A stretch of 64,000 bases of DNA from Eubacteriales bacterium (lineage in GTDB: Bacteria; Bacillota; Clostridia; Oscillospirales; CAG-272): the NCBI GenBank assembly GCA_045612185.1, contig JAZKYO010000030.1, positions 159,265 through 223,264 on the forward strand, written 5' to 3'. The notes beneath the pieces were generated by a model. It saw only the letters and a program-made list of their open reading frames with translations, searched no databases and had not been told where the DNA came from. Position numbers and translations under genes: made by a program. Shown in pieces: positions 11,861 through 20,698 of the stretch. Position 1 is the first letter of the stretch. The number at the start of each line of letters is the position of its first letter.

Positions 11861-11889
11861 TTGCATTTTTCTTTTTGTTGTGGTATGAT
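11861..11889 (+). promoter_or_regulatory. Sigma-70-type promoter for rpsT
   Basis: TTGCAT (11861-11866), a 17-nt spacer ending in TGG, then TATGAT (11884-11889). Confidence 0.55.
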
Positions 11890-11969
11890 ATGGGATGTAT
11901 GGACAAAGTGACGGTACACCCTCTCAGGTATCGTTGCGTAGACTAATTTTGGAAAGGGAGATGAAAAAC

Positions 11970-12233
11970 ATGCCGAACATTAAGAGTGCAAAGAAGCGCG
12001 TTAAGGTTATTGAGACCAAGACACTTCAGAACAAGATTTTCAAGACACAGCTCAAGACTGATATCAAGAAGTATGAGGCAGCGCTTGAGGCAGGCGACGT
12101 AGAGCTTGCAAAGGTTACCTACAAGGCAGCCGTTAAGAAGATCGACCAGGCAGCAGCTTGCGGAATCATTCACAAGAATGCAGCAGCTCGCAAGAAGAGC
12201 CAGTTCACCAAGAAGCTCAACGCTATTGGCTAA
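11970..12233 (+). CDS. rpsT: 30S ribosomal protein S20
   Basis: MPNIKSAKKRVKVIETKTLQNK... is a canonical S20 N-terminus. The RBS GGAAAGGGAG (11951-11960) is correctly spaced for the ATG at 11970. The upstream ATGs in the track ORF are not. Confidence 0.9.
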   Translation: MPNIKSAKKRVKVIETKTLQNKIFKTQLKTDIKKYEAALEAGDVELAKVTYKAAVKKIDQAAACGIIHKNAAARKKSQFTKKLNAIG

Positions 12234-12251
12234 TTTGCTTCAAAAAAGTTT

Positions 12252-12279
12252 AACCGCCGAGATTTCTCGGCGGTTTTTC
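12252..12279 (+). terminator. Rho-independent terminator after rpsT
   Basis: Stem CCGCCGAG / CTCGGCGG followed by TTTTT. Confidence 0.8.
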
Positions 12280-12304
12280 TTTGCTATCCGTTTTTTCCGC
12301 AACA

Positions 12305-12337
12305 TAAAAACCGCTGTTTTTAAAACAGCGGTTTTCT
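12305..12337 (-). terminator. Rho-independent terminator after the ABC exporter gene
   Basis: Stem ACCGCTGTTTT / AAAACAGCGGT with A/T runs on both sides. It lies 12 nt past the stop codon at 12349. Confidence 0.75.
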
Positions 12338-12348
12338 CATACAAATCT

Positions 12349-14322
12349 TTATTCTTCCTCAGAGCCCTCAACGTAGTGCTTTGCCTGGGTCGAGAAAAGC
12401 TCGTAGTATCTTCCCTCTTTTGCCATAAGCTCTTTATGGTTGCCCATTTCGATAAGCTCACCATACTCAAGGACGATAATCTTTGAGGCGGTAGTTGCGC
12501 TTGAGAGTCTGTGGGAGACGAATATGGTCGTCTTATCCTTACGGAGTTGCTCGAACTGGCTGTAAATTTCCTGTTCGGCTATGGCGTCAAGCGAGGCTGT
12601 CGGCTCGTCAAGAATAAGAATATCCGAGTCGCTGTAAAAGGCTCTCGCAATCGCAAGCTTCTGCCACTGACCTATTGAAAGCTCTGTACCGTTGCGCTCA
12701 AAAATTCGCATAAGCGGCGTTTCGTAGCCTTCCGGAAGTCTGTTTATGTAATCGGCGGCATTTGCCGACTCGGCAGAATCGGTTATTCTCTCGTCATCGC
12801 GCTCAGCCCCCACCTCGCCAAACATAATGTTTTCTGCAACCGTGCAGGCATATTTTCCGAAGTCCTGGAAGATAATTCCGAACATATTATAAAGCTCTTT
12901 TGGGTTATATTCTTTGAGGTTCACTCCGTCAAGAAGAATCTCTCCATCGGTTGGGTCATAGAGTCTTGTAAGCAGCTTAATAAGCGTGGTTTTTCCCGCG
13001 CCGTTAAGACCGACAAGCACTGTGGTTTCGCCCGGATTAAGCGTAAAGCTCACGTTCTTTATAACCATTCTGTCAGATCCGGGATAAGCAAAGCTTACGT
13101 TCTTGAATTCAACGGTATGGGGCACTCCGCGTTCGATAACCTGCGAAACCTTTGGAGCTGTAATAAAGCTGTCTGCTTTCATAAAGGCGATAAGGTTATC
13201 TATAAACAAGGTTCCCTCGTATATGGTAGCCGAAATGCCGATAATACTTGCCACCGACGAGGCAATAGAAGAAAGTGAGCCGGTATAAAGGGAATAATCA
13301 CCTATCTTGAAATCTCCGTTAAACACGCCCAAGGCTATAAACGCGTAGAATACGCAGTTAACCACTGACGAAAGCGTAGCCATAACCACCGACCAAACGC
13401 TTTCCTGCGCCACAAGTTTCTTGATTCCCGAATAATATCCCTCAAACACCTGCTTGTACTTATTTACAAACGTACCGCCAAGGTCAAACATTCTTATTTC
13501 CTTGACCACGTCCTTGTTGACCATTATTTCGGAATAATAGTTCATTTGTCTGCGCTCCTTGGAGCGGTGGCGCATATACCTGAAATGCTTATGTCTGAAA
13601 ACAAAGCTGACGGCAGCCGACGGAATTGAAACAAGAATTACGCAAAGCGCCGCTATCGGGAACGCCGTGGAAATAATTACCGCGTAGCTGACAAGTCCGA
13701 TAAGCGTGCTTACCATACGGAAAGTAGCCGAAAGTATCTGCACCGGGCGCATTCCCGCTTCCCTGTTGGCGTTTTCAAGCTTTTCGTAAAATTCGGGCAT
13801 ATCATAATCCGCAATGTCAATTTCTTCTGATTTTTTCATTATCTGAAGCTTGACATAGCTGACAACTTTTTCACCTGCGATATGTGTAACCGCCGATTCA
13901 AGGCTTCCTACGGCACGGTTAAGAATACGGTAGATGAACAAAAAAATAAGCAAGAACATTACGTTAGACGTCCAGAAATCGCCTATTGCCGCCCCGAGGA
14001 CGCTGTCGGTAATTATATCCTGCAGTTCGTTCAATATCTTCTGTGAGATTATTGAACCAAGCACCGGCATAATACCCGTAACCACAGCCACAAACAGCAT
14101 CGCGAACAGTATCCACGGTCCGGTTTTCCAAACAAGGGAGAAAATATAGAAAAGTCGGTAGAAAAAACCGCCCAAAAGTTCTTTTAAGTATCTCGGAACG
14201 TCTTTAATTGACTTGGGAGGAGCTACCTTTTCATAATTAAAGCCGCCCGGGCCTACGTATCCGTCCTTGGGGGCTTTTTTTGATGACGGCGATCCGCCGT
14301 TTTTTTCTTTATATTCCTTCAT
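12349..14322 (-). CDS. ABC transporter, fused permease/ATP-binding protein (exporter type)
   Basis: 657 aa. The N-terminal half is a six-TM-like hydrophobic domain. The C-terminal NBD has Walker A (GLNGAGKTT), the signature motif (LSIGQWQ) and Walker B (ILILDEPT). Confidence 0.88.
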   Translation of the reverse strand: MKEYKEKNGGSPSSKKAPKDGYVGPGGFNYEKVAPPKSIKDVPRYLKELLGGFFYRLFYIFSLVWKTGPWILFAMLFVAVVTGIMPVLGSIISQKILNELQDIITDSVLGAAIGDFWTSNVMFLLIFLFIYRILNRAVGSLESAVTHIAGEKVVSYVKLQIMKKSEEIDIADYDMPEFYEKLENANREAGMRPVQILSATFRMVSTLIGLVSYAVIISTAFPIAALCVILVSIPSAAVSFVFRHKHFRYMRHRSKERRQMNYYSEIMVNKDVVKEIRMFDLGGTFVNKYKQVFEGYYSGIKKLVAQESVWSVVMATLSSVVNCVFYAFIALGVFNGDFKIGDYSLYTGSLSSIASSVASIIGISATIYEGTLFIDNLIAFMKADSFITAPKVSQVIERGVPHTVEFKNVSFAYPGSDRMVIKNVSFTLNPGETTVLVGLNGAGKTTLIKLLTRLYDPTDGEILLDGVNLKEYNPKELYNMFGIIFQDFGKYACTVAENIMFGEVGAERDDERITDSAESANAADYINRLPEGYETPLMRIFERNGTELSIGQWQKLAIARAFYSDSDILILDEPTASLDAIAEQEIYSQFEQLRKDKTTIFVSHRLSSATTASKIIVLEYGELIEMGNHKELMAKEGRYYELFSTQAKHYVEGSEEE

Positions 14323-14352
14323 TGTATCGCTCCCTTCCTTTTAAACACACTA

Positions 14353-14381
14353 ATTATACCACAGTTTGGATTCATTGTAAA
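14353..14381 (-). promoter_or_regulatory. Candidate promoter for the ABC exporter gene
   Basis: The minus strand reads TTTACA (14381-14376), a 17-nt spacer ending in TGG, then TATAAT (14358-14353). Confidence 0.5.
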
Positions 14382-14474
14382 TAATTTTTTTGAAAAAATT
14401 GCACAATTAAAAGCCTTTTTTGCGCCGCATTGTGCAAGATATTCACAAAATAATTTTTGTTTCCGTCACACCTA

Positions 14475-14503
14475 TTGACAGATGACAAAATATTACATAT
14501 AAT
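14475..14503 (+). promoter_or_regulatory. Sigma-70-type promoter for aspartokinase
   Basis: Consensus TTGACA (14475-14480), exactly 17 nt of spacer, then consensus TATAAT (14498-14503). Confidence 0.65.
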
Positions 14504-14544
14504 TATAGTGTATATCTATAATTTTTGAAATGAGAGGAATTGAC

Positions 14545-15861
14545 ATGGAAGTTAAAGTTGTAAAATTCGGTGGCTCGTCTCTCGCGGATGCGGAGCATTT
14601 TAAGCAGGTCGCCAAAATCATTAAGGCAGACGAATCGAGAAGATACGTAGTGCCCTCTGCCCCCGGAAAAAGATTCTCGGCTGACACAAAGGTCACCGAC
14701 ATGCTTTACCAGTGCTATGATATGATAAGAAACAACGAGAACATAGACGAACATTTCGCCAAAATAGCCGAGCGCTACAACGGCATTATTGCCGAGCTTG
14801 GTCTTAATTTTGACATTTCGGGTGAGCTTGAGTACGTTAAGAACGCAATGCTCCACCGTTCGGGTCGCGATTTTGCCGCAAGCCGCGGAGAGTACCTCAA
14901 CGGTCTTATCCTCGCCAAGTATCTCGGTTTCGATTTCGTTGATGCGGAAAACGTAATTTTCTTTAAAGAAAACGGCTCGTTTGACGAGGAAAAGACAAAC
15001 AATGAAATGCGCGAGGAGCTTAAGCACCACAAGAACGCCGTTATCCCCGGTTTCTACGGAATTATGCCCAACGGAACTATTAAAACATTCTCCAGAGGCG
15101 GTTCTGATATCACCGGATCTATTGTGGCGCGCGCGGTTGAGGCCGATCTTTACGAGAACTGGACCGACGTTTCGGGCTTTATGATGGCTGACCCCAGAAT
15201 TCTTAAAGATCCCTGCCCCATTGATATTCTCACGTACGCAGAGCTTCGTGAGCTTTCTTACATGGGCGCGACAGTTCTTCACGACGAGGCTATATTCCCC
15301 GTAAGATACGCGGAAATTCCGATTAACATCAAGAACACCAACCGTCCCGAGGATCCCGGAACGATGATAGTTCCCCGCACCAACACCTACAACCACGAGA
15401 GAGTTATCACAGGCATCGCGGGCAGAAAGGGTTACTCGGTTCTCACCATTGAGAAAGACAAGATGAACGCCGAGATAGGCTTTGGCAGAAAGGTTCTTGA
15501 GGTGTTTGAGGAAAACGAGATTTCCTTTGAGCATCTTCCCTCGGGCGTTGACACCATGAGCGTTGTTGTTGAGAGCAAGCAAATCGAGGGCATACGCGAG
15601 AGAATCATTGAAAGAATCAAGAGAACCGTTCGCCCCGACAGAGTTGAGATTGAGGACAATCTTGCCCTTGTTGCCGTCGTTGGACGCGGTATGGTCAAGA
15701 CCAAGGGAACGGCGGCTCGCGTATTCGACGCCATCTCCGAGGCTGATATAAACATCAAGATGATAGACCAGGGCTCCAGCGAGCTTAACATTATCATCGG
15801 TGTTGAAGAAAGTGACTTTGAAAAGACACTTGTTTCCATCTACAATAAATTTGTAAAGTAA
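14545..15861 (+). CDS. Aspartate kinase (monofunctional, YclM/AK-III-like)
   Basis: MEVKVVKFGGSSLADAEHF...VVPSAPGKR...TDML is the aspartokinase N-terminus, and the C-terminus has ACT-like repeats. I set the start at the ATG at 14545, behind the RBS GAGAGGAA. The track start at 14530 overlaps that RBS. Confidence 0.9.
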   Translation: MEVKVVKFGGSSLADAEHFKQVAKIIKADESRRYVVPSAPGKRFSADTKVTDMLYQCYDMIRNNENIDEHFAKIAERYNGIIAELGLNFDISGELEYVKNAMLHRSGRDFAASRGEYLNGLILAKYLGFDFVDAENVIFFKENGSFDEEKTNNEMREELKHHKNAVIPGFYGIMPNGTIKTFSRGGSDITGSIVARAVEADLYENWTDVSGFMMADPRILKDPCPIDILTYAELRELSYMGATVLHDEAIFPVRYAEIPINIKNTNRPEDPGTMIVPRTNTYNHERVITGIAGRKGYSVLTIEKDKMNAEIGFGRKVLEVFEENEISFEHLPSGVDTMSVVVESKQIEGIRERIIERIKRTVRPDRVEIEDNLALVAVVGRGMVKTKGTAARVFDAISEADINIKMIDQGSSELNIIIGVEESDFEKTLVSIYNKFVK

Positions 15862-15862
15862 A

Positions 15863-17536
15863 ATGAAAAAGCTTTGTTTTGATTTGCTTAGAGACTGGTG
15901 CGACGCCTTAAGAAAGCTCCAGTTCCGCGGAATAGAAGTTGGAGGCTTGGAGGGGGCGTTTTATTGCCGTTCCTGCCAGGTTATCCACGGCAGATGTCCC
16001 GACGCGGTCTATCCGTTTGTCTACATGTACAAAGCAACTCGCGACGAAAGATATCTTAACGCCGCCAAAGACGTATTTGATTTTGGAGAAACGCTTTTGT
16101 GCGATGACGGAGCCGTTTTTAACGACGCGCAGAACGAGTGGAAAGGCATTACCGTTTTCGCCGCCGTTTCGCTTTGCGAGGCGCTTAACTGCGGCAAGGA
16201 GTTTCTTGACACCGACACGGTTGCTAAATGGGAAAAACGCCTGCTTGGTATGGGCGAGTGGTGCTATGCAAATCTTGACAAGGACTGCACGGCAAACATA
16301 AATTATCCCGTAACCAACACCTTTGCTATGGAACTTCTCGGCAGATATTTCGAGCGCGAGGATTTTCTAAAAAAGGCTAAGGAGCTTGAGGATTACGCTA
16401 TGACCATGATAACCGAAAACGGTTTTCTTGTGGGCGAGGGTAAGCCGCGAGACGCGATAACTCCGCTTGGTTGCTCTCCCATTGACATCGGCTACAACAT
16501 GGAAGAATCGCTTCCCTCTCTTGTTAAATATGCAAAGCTTAAGGGTGACGAGGCGTTGCTTGACAAGCTTGCCGATATACTTTTAAAGCAGCTTGACTTT
16601 ATGCTTCCCGACGGAGCTTGGGACAACAGTTTCGGATCTCGAAACAACAAATGGACCTACTACGGCTCGCGCACCTCTGACGGCTGTGCTCCCGCCTACG
16701 TGCTTCTTGCCGACAGAAATCCCGCCTTTATGGAAGCGGCGCGCAGAAACGTTGAGCTTATCAAGGCATGCACCTATGACGGATTGCTTTACGGCGGACC
16801 GCACTACAAGAGGCACGGCGAGCACGCCTGCACGCACCACACCTTCGAGCACGCAAACGCTTTGGCTTGCGTACTTGAAAATCTTGACGGCGAATACGAG
16901 CGCACGGATATTCCCTGCGACTGCGTAAGCGGCGTAAAATACTATCCCGAGGTCAACACCTACAAGCTTGCTGCGGGAAATTACAGAGCAACCGTAACGG
17001 GCTACGATTACGCCATAGAACTCGGTCACCACGCTTGCGGCGGCACGCTTTCTATGCTTTGGAAGTACGGCACCGGACCTATTATTGCGGGAAGCGTTGT
17101 CGGCTACAGAATTTCGGAGCCGCACAACTATCAGCTTACTAAGGCAACAAAAACGCACCGCTGTCTTGTTCCGCGACTTGAGATAAAAAAAGACGGCGTT
17201 GTTTACAACACCGCGTTCTTTACTTCCATGTCTATGACTACTTCGGGAACTTCCGTAAAATCAATTTCAGGCTTGGCTGACAAAAACTGCCACAGACTCA
17301 AAGACGACGTCGACAGAATATTCAATTACTCGCTTACCGAGAATGGCTTGGAGATAAGTATTGAAAACGCGCAAGGCGCCAAATTTATTCTGCCTCTTAT
17401 TGCGGGTGAGCTTGAAACGGTTTGCGGAAAGGTTATCGCAAGCGAGGAGATTTTCTTCCTTACGGGGGGCTTTATAGCTAACGAATACAAAATATCCCCC
17501 GATTCCGATGGAAAAATTCTGCTGAAAATAAGATAA
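15863..17536 (+). CDS. Uncharacterised 557-aa Cys/His-rich protein (possibly an alpha/alpha-toroid fold)
   Basis: A long ORF with host-like codon usage. Its ATG lies 1 nt after the aspartokinase stop. Motifs include CRSCQVIHGRC and HGEHACTHHTFEH. I recognise no family with confidence. Confidence 0.6.
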   Translation: MKKLCFDLLRDWCDALRKLQFRGIEVGGLEGAFYCRSCQVIHGRCPDAVYPFVYMYKATRDERYLNAAKDVFDFGETLLCDDGAVFNDAQNEWKGITVFAAVSLCEALNCGKEFLDTDTVAKWEKRLLGMGEWCYANLDKDCTANINYPVTNTFAMELLGRYFEREDFLKKAKELEDYAMTMITENGFLVGEGKPRDAITPLGCSPIDIGYNMEESLPSLVKYAKLKGDEALLDKLADILLKQLDFMLPDGAWDNSFGSRNNKWTYYGSRTSDGCAPAYVLLADRNPAFMEAARRNVELIKACTYDGLLYGGPHYKRHGEHACTHHTFEHANALACVLENLDGEYERTDIPCDCVSGVKYYPEVNTYKLAAGNYRATVTGYDYAIELGHHACGGTLSMLWKYGTGPIIAGSVVGYRISEPHNYQLTKATKTHRCLVPRLEIKKDGVVYNTAFFTSMSMTTSGTSVKSISGLADKNCHRLKDDVDRIFNYSLTENGLEISIENAQGAKFILPLIAGELETVCGKVIASEEIFFLTGGFIANEYKISPDSDGKILLKIR

Positions 17537-17539
17537 GCA

Positions 17540-17572
17540 AAAGGGCTGAAGCGTTGCGCAACAGCCCTGCTT
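17540..17572. terminator. Hairpin between convergent genes (probable bidirectional terminator)
   Basis: Stem GGGCTG / CAGCCC (17543-17548 and 17562-17567) with an inner GCG/CGC pairing. The flanking T-runs are weak. Confidence 0.45.
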
Positions 17573-17575
17573 GCT

Positions 17576-17914
17576 TTAGCCCATATTTTCGGGAAGCTTT
17601 CTACCGCCCATAACGTGGAAATGAAGGTGCTTAACACTCTGGCAAGCGTCCTCTCCACAGTTGGTTATAACGCGGTATCCGTTTTTAAGTCCCGCAGATG
17701 CGGCAATTTTGGGAATAGCCTCAAAAATCTTTGCCACGTACACACTGTTCTCAGCGTTTATCGCATCGGCACAGCAAATGTGCGTCTTGGGTACTACGAG
17801 AATGTGAACGGGTGTCTGAGGATTGATATCATTAAAAGCGTAAACGTACTCATCCTCATAAACCTTTGATGACGGAATTTCTCCACCGATTATTTTACAA
17901 AAAAGACAATCCAT
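17576..17914 (-). CDS. HIT-family (histidine triad) nucleotide hydrolase
   Basis: 112 aa. MDCLFCKIIGGEIPS... and the HIT motif HLHFHVMGG. A GGAGGGA RBS is present. Confidence 0.9.
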   Translation of the reverse strand: MDCLFCKIIGGEIPSSKVYEDEYVYAFNDINPQTPVHILVVPKTHICCADAINAENSVYVAKIFEAIPKIAASAGLKNGYRVITNCGEDACQSVKHLHFHVMGGRKLPENMG

Positions 17915-17986
17915 AATTCGTCCCTCCTACTTTTTTCTTAATTATACCACCATTTTATCCACAAGTCAACAAGAAGGATTACCAAA

Positions 17987-18811
17987 ATGTATAAAATATT
18001 TGACATACACACCCACATTTATCCCGATAGCGTGGCGCAAAAAGCAATAGACAGTCTGAGCCGCTTTTACGAATTTGAAAAATACTACCACTTTGAGCCC
18101 TCGGGAAAAGGAACCTTTGAGGACCTTCAATCTTCCTGCCTCAAATACGATATTTGCGGCTGCCTTATGCTTTGCGTAGCCACCAATCCCAAGCAGGTTT
18201 GCCACATAAACGACTTTATGGCTGACATTGTAAGAGAAAACGCCTCCGATAGGTTTACCCCCGTAGGATTTGCGGGCATACATCAGGATTTCCCCGATAT
18301 TCCCGCCGAGGTCGAGCGCATTGAAAAGCTTGGGATGAAAGGTATAAAAATACATCCCGACATTCAAGGCGTGAACATTGACGACAAGCGTCTTATGGTG
18401 CTGTATGAAGCGATAGAGGGCAAAATGCCGCTTTATCTTCATATGGGTGACAACCGCGAGGAGTACCAATTCTCAGCAACAGAAAGGTTAGTCAAGATAA
18501 AGAAGCGCTTTCCAAATCTTGAGGTTGTTGCCGCGCATCTCGGCGGTTACACTGCTTGGAAAAAAATCGGCTTGCTTACCGACTTTGATAAAATTTGGTT
18601 TGACTCGTCAAGCGCGCTGTGGGTAATTGACAGCGTTTACGCCAAGAGCGTGATAGAAGCTCTCGGATACGAACGAGTTATGTTTGGAACAGACTATCCC
18701 GTGGCTTATGCCAACGAGGAGCTTGAGCGGTTTATGAAGGTTGAGCTTGACGAAAAGGTACGCGCCGACATTCTTTACAACAACGCGGCGAGATTTTTGA
18801 ATTTGAAATGA
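17987..18811 (+). CDS. Amidohydrolase-2 family metal-dependent hydrolase (TIM barrel)
   Basis: 274 aa. It has DIHTHIY at the N-terminus, GIKIHP, AAHLGG and FGTDYP. An AAGAAGGA RBS is present. Confidence 0.75.
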   Translation: MYKIFDIHTHIYPDSVAQKAIDSLSRFYEFEKYYHFEPSGKGTFEDLQSSCLKYDICGCLMLCVATNPKQVCHINDFMADIVRENASDRFTPVGFAGIHQDFPDIPAEVERIEKLGMKGIKIHPDIQGVNIDDKRLMVLYEAIEGKMPLYLHMGDNREEYQFSATERLVKIKKRFPNLEVVAAHLGGYTAWKKIGLLTDFDKIWFDSSSALWVIDSVYAKSVIEALGYERVMFGTDYPVAYANEELERFMKVELDEKVRADILYNNAARFLNLK

Positions 18812-19893
18812 ATATTGAAGTAAAAACAGATTTATGGAATTATCTTCGCGCCTCACACAAGCCCATTCTTATGTACGGAATGGGAAACGGTGCGGACAAG
18901 ATATTGAAGGTTTGCGAAAAATACGGAATAGAGATAGCCGACTTTTTCGCCTCTGACGGATTTGTCAGAGGACACAGCTTTCATGGCAAAACTGTTCTGT
19001 CCTACTCACAGGCAAAAGAAAAGTACGGAAGCTTTATCGTGTTGCTTTCCTTTGCTTCTTCCCTGCCCGACGTTATTGATAATATTAAGCGAATTGCCGC
19101 AGAAAACGAGCTTTACGCTCCCGACGTTCCGGTGTTTGGAGACAATCTTTTCAACATGGAATTCTTTGAGGCTCACCAAGGCGAGTTTGAGAAGGCTTAC
19201 CGACTTTTAGCTGACGAGCGTTCAAAATTCGTTTTTGAAAACATCATCAACTACAAGCTGAGTGGCAAAATCAACTACCTGTTTACCTGTGACGACGATG
19301 AGGACTTAGTAACGGCTGAGCTTGTTGCTCCGTCACAGATAAAGCGCTATATTGACCTTGGCGCTTACAACGGTGACACCATACGCTCCCTCATGAAGGA
19401 CACCGACAGCCTTGAAAGAGTAATTGCTTTTGAGCCCGACCGCAGAAATTTCAAAAAGCTGTCCGATTTTGCTGAAGGTGTGAAAAGCCCGGAAATAACG
19501 ACGTACAAGCTTGGCGCTTGGTCGCATGCGGACACACTCTTTTTTGACGCCAGTGGCAATCGCAACGCCAATCTGAGTATAAACGGCGGCAGCAAAGTAA
19601 CCGAGGTTGACGTTGATTCGGTAGACAGAATTGCTGAAAATTTTAATCCCGACTATATTAAATACGACGTGGAAGGCTCGGAACACGAAGCGCTTATAGG
19701 AAGCCGTAAAACTATTTCCAAATATTCTCCCAAACTGCTGATTTCGGTTTATCACAGAAGTGAGGACTTATACAAGCTTCCGATTTTTGTGAAAGAGCTA
19801 AATCCCGATTACAAATTATATTTGAGAAAATTGCGCTACATTCCCGCATGGGATTTAAATTTGTACGCGATACGAAAGGAAGAAAATGTATAA
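18808..19893 (+). CDS. FkbM-family SAM-dependent methyltransferase with an N-terminal Rossmann-like extension
   Basis: 361 aa. It has YIDLGAYNGDT, FEPDRRNFKKL and KYDVEGSEHEAL, which are FkbM hallmarks. Its start overlaps the upstream stop (ATGA). Confidence 0.72.
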   Translation: MNIEVKTDLWNYLRASHKPILMYGMGNGADKILKVCEKYGIEIADFFASDGFVRGHSFHGKTVLSYSQAKEKYGSFIVLLSFASSLPDVIDNIKRIAAENELYAPDVPVFGDNLFNMEFFEAHQGEFEKAYRLLADERSKFVFENIINYKLSGKINYLFTCDDDEDLVTAELVAPSQIKRYIDLGAYNGDTIRSLMKDTDSLERVIAFEPDRRNFKKLSDFAEGVKSPEITTYKLGAWSHADTLFFDASGNRNANLSINGGSKVTEVDVDSVDRIAENFNPDYIKYDVEGSEHEALIGSRKTISKYSPKLLISVYHRSEDLYKLPIFVKELNPDYKLYLRKLRYIPAWDLNLYAIRKEENV

Positions 19894-20626
19894 ATACGAG
19901 CTTCATCTTCACTCCAGCCAAGGCAGCAAATGCGGTGCTTCCGAAGGTAAAGAATATGTTGATTTCTATATAAAAAACGGATACTCAGGCGCGGTGATTA
20001 CCGACCACTTTTTCCACGGAAACACCCGTCCCAACAGAAGTCTTCCTTGGACACAATACGTAGACGAGTATCTTTCCGGATATTACGATATGAAGCAAGC
20101 GGCTGAAGGAAAGGATTTTGAGGTTTTTTTCGGGGTCGAAGAGCTTTTTGACACCTGGGACGAGTATCTTATTTACGGTCTTGAGCCCGAATGGTATATT
20201 GCGCACCCCGAGTTAAGAGATATGAAGCGTGTGGAGTTTCTCACTCTGGCAAGAGAAAGCGGCGCATTCATAATTCAGGCTCACCCCTACCGCTACCGCC
20301 CGTATTTCAAGTGCGATCACCTTACCATATCATCATCGTTGGTTGACGGATACGAGGTTTTCAACTCATGTAACATACCCGAACACAACAAGCTTGCTTT
20401 GGAGCTGGCAAGATTAGAGGGAAAAATAATGACCTCGGGGTCGGACAGACATAAGGCTACCGATTATATCGAAGTATCGGGGGGGATTGTGCTGACCGAA
20501 AAGGTTCACTCAATTGCTGACCTTATAATTTCAATAAAGAACGGAAAATATACTCCTATGGGGGTAAAAACGCTTGAAGAAGTGATTGGAGACCCAGAGC
20601 CAGATCTTCCCGTAGTGCTAATTTAA
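19886..20626 (+). CDS. PHP-domain phosphoesterase
   Basis: 246 aa. It has ELHLHSSQGSKCG at the N-terminus, then ...ITDHF... and ...AHPYR.... It overlaps the FkbM gene by 8 nt. Confidence 0.72.
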   Translation: MYKYELHLHSSQGSKCGASEGKEYVDFYIKNGYSGAVITDHFFHGNTRPNRSLPWTQYVDEYLSGYYDMKQAAEGKDFEVFFGVEELFDTWDEYLIYGLEPEWYIAHPELRDMKRVEFLTLARESGAFIIQAHPYRYRPYFKCDHLTISSSLVDGYEVFNSCNIPEHNKLALELARLEGKIMTSGSDRHKATDYIEVSGGIVLTEKVHSIADLIISIKNGKYTPMGVKTLEEVIGDPEPDLPVVLI

Positions 20627-20635
20627 AAATTTTGA

Positions 20636-20664
20636 TTGACAGAATTGATTTTCTCTGTTATAAT
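20636..20664 (+). promoter_or_regulatory. Sigma-70-type promoter for holB-ricT
   Basis: TTGACA (20636-20641), a 17-nt spacer, then TATAAT (20659-20664). Confidence 0.6.
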
Positions 20665-20698
20665 ATAAGTTGAACTTGAATTTTTGCGGAGGTGCTGT

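Noticed and set aside
14382-14544. I looked for a lysine riboswitch or T-box upstream of aspartokinase.
   Set aside because: The consensus promoter at 14475-14503 leaves only a ~40-nt leader. That is too short for an L-box or T-box, and no conserved riboswitch motifs are visible.
14503-15582. A 359-aa minus-strand ORF overlapping aspartokinase.
   Set aside because: It is a shadow ORF. The plus-strand product has the VKFGGSS aspartokinase signature, a promoter and an RBS. The minus-strand product has none.
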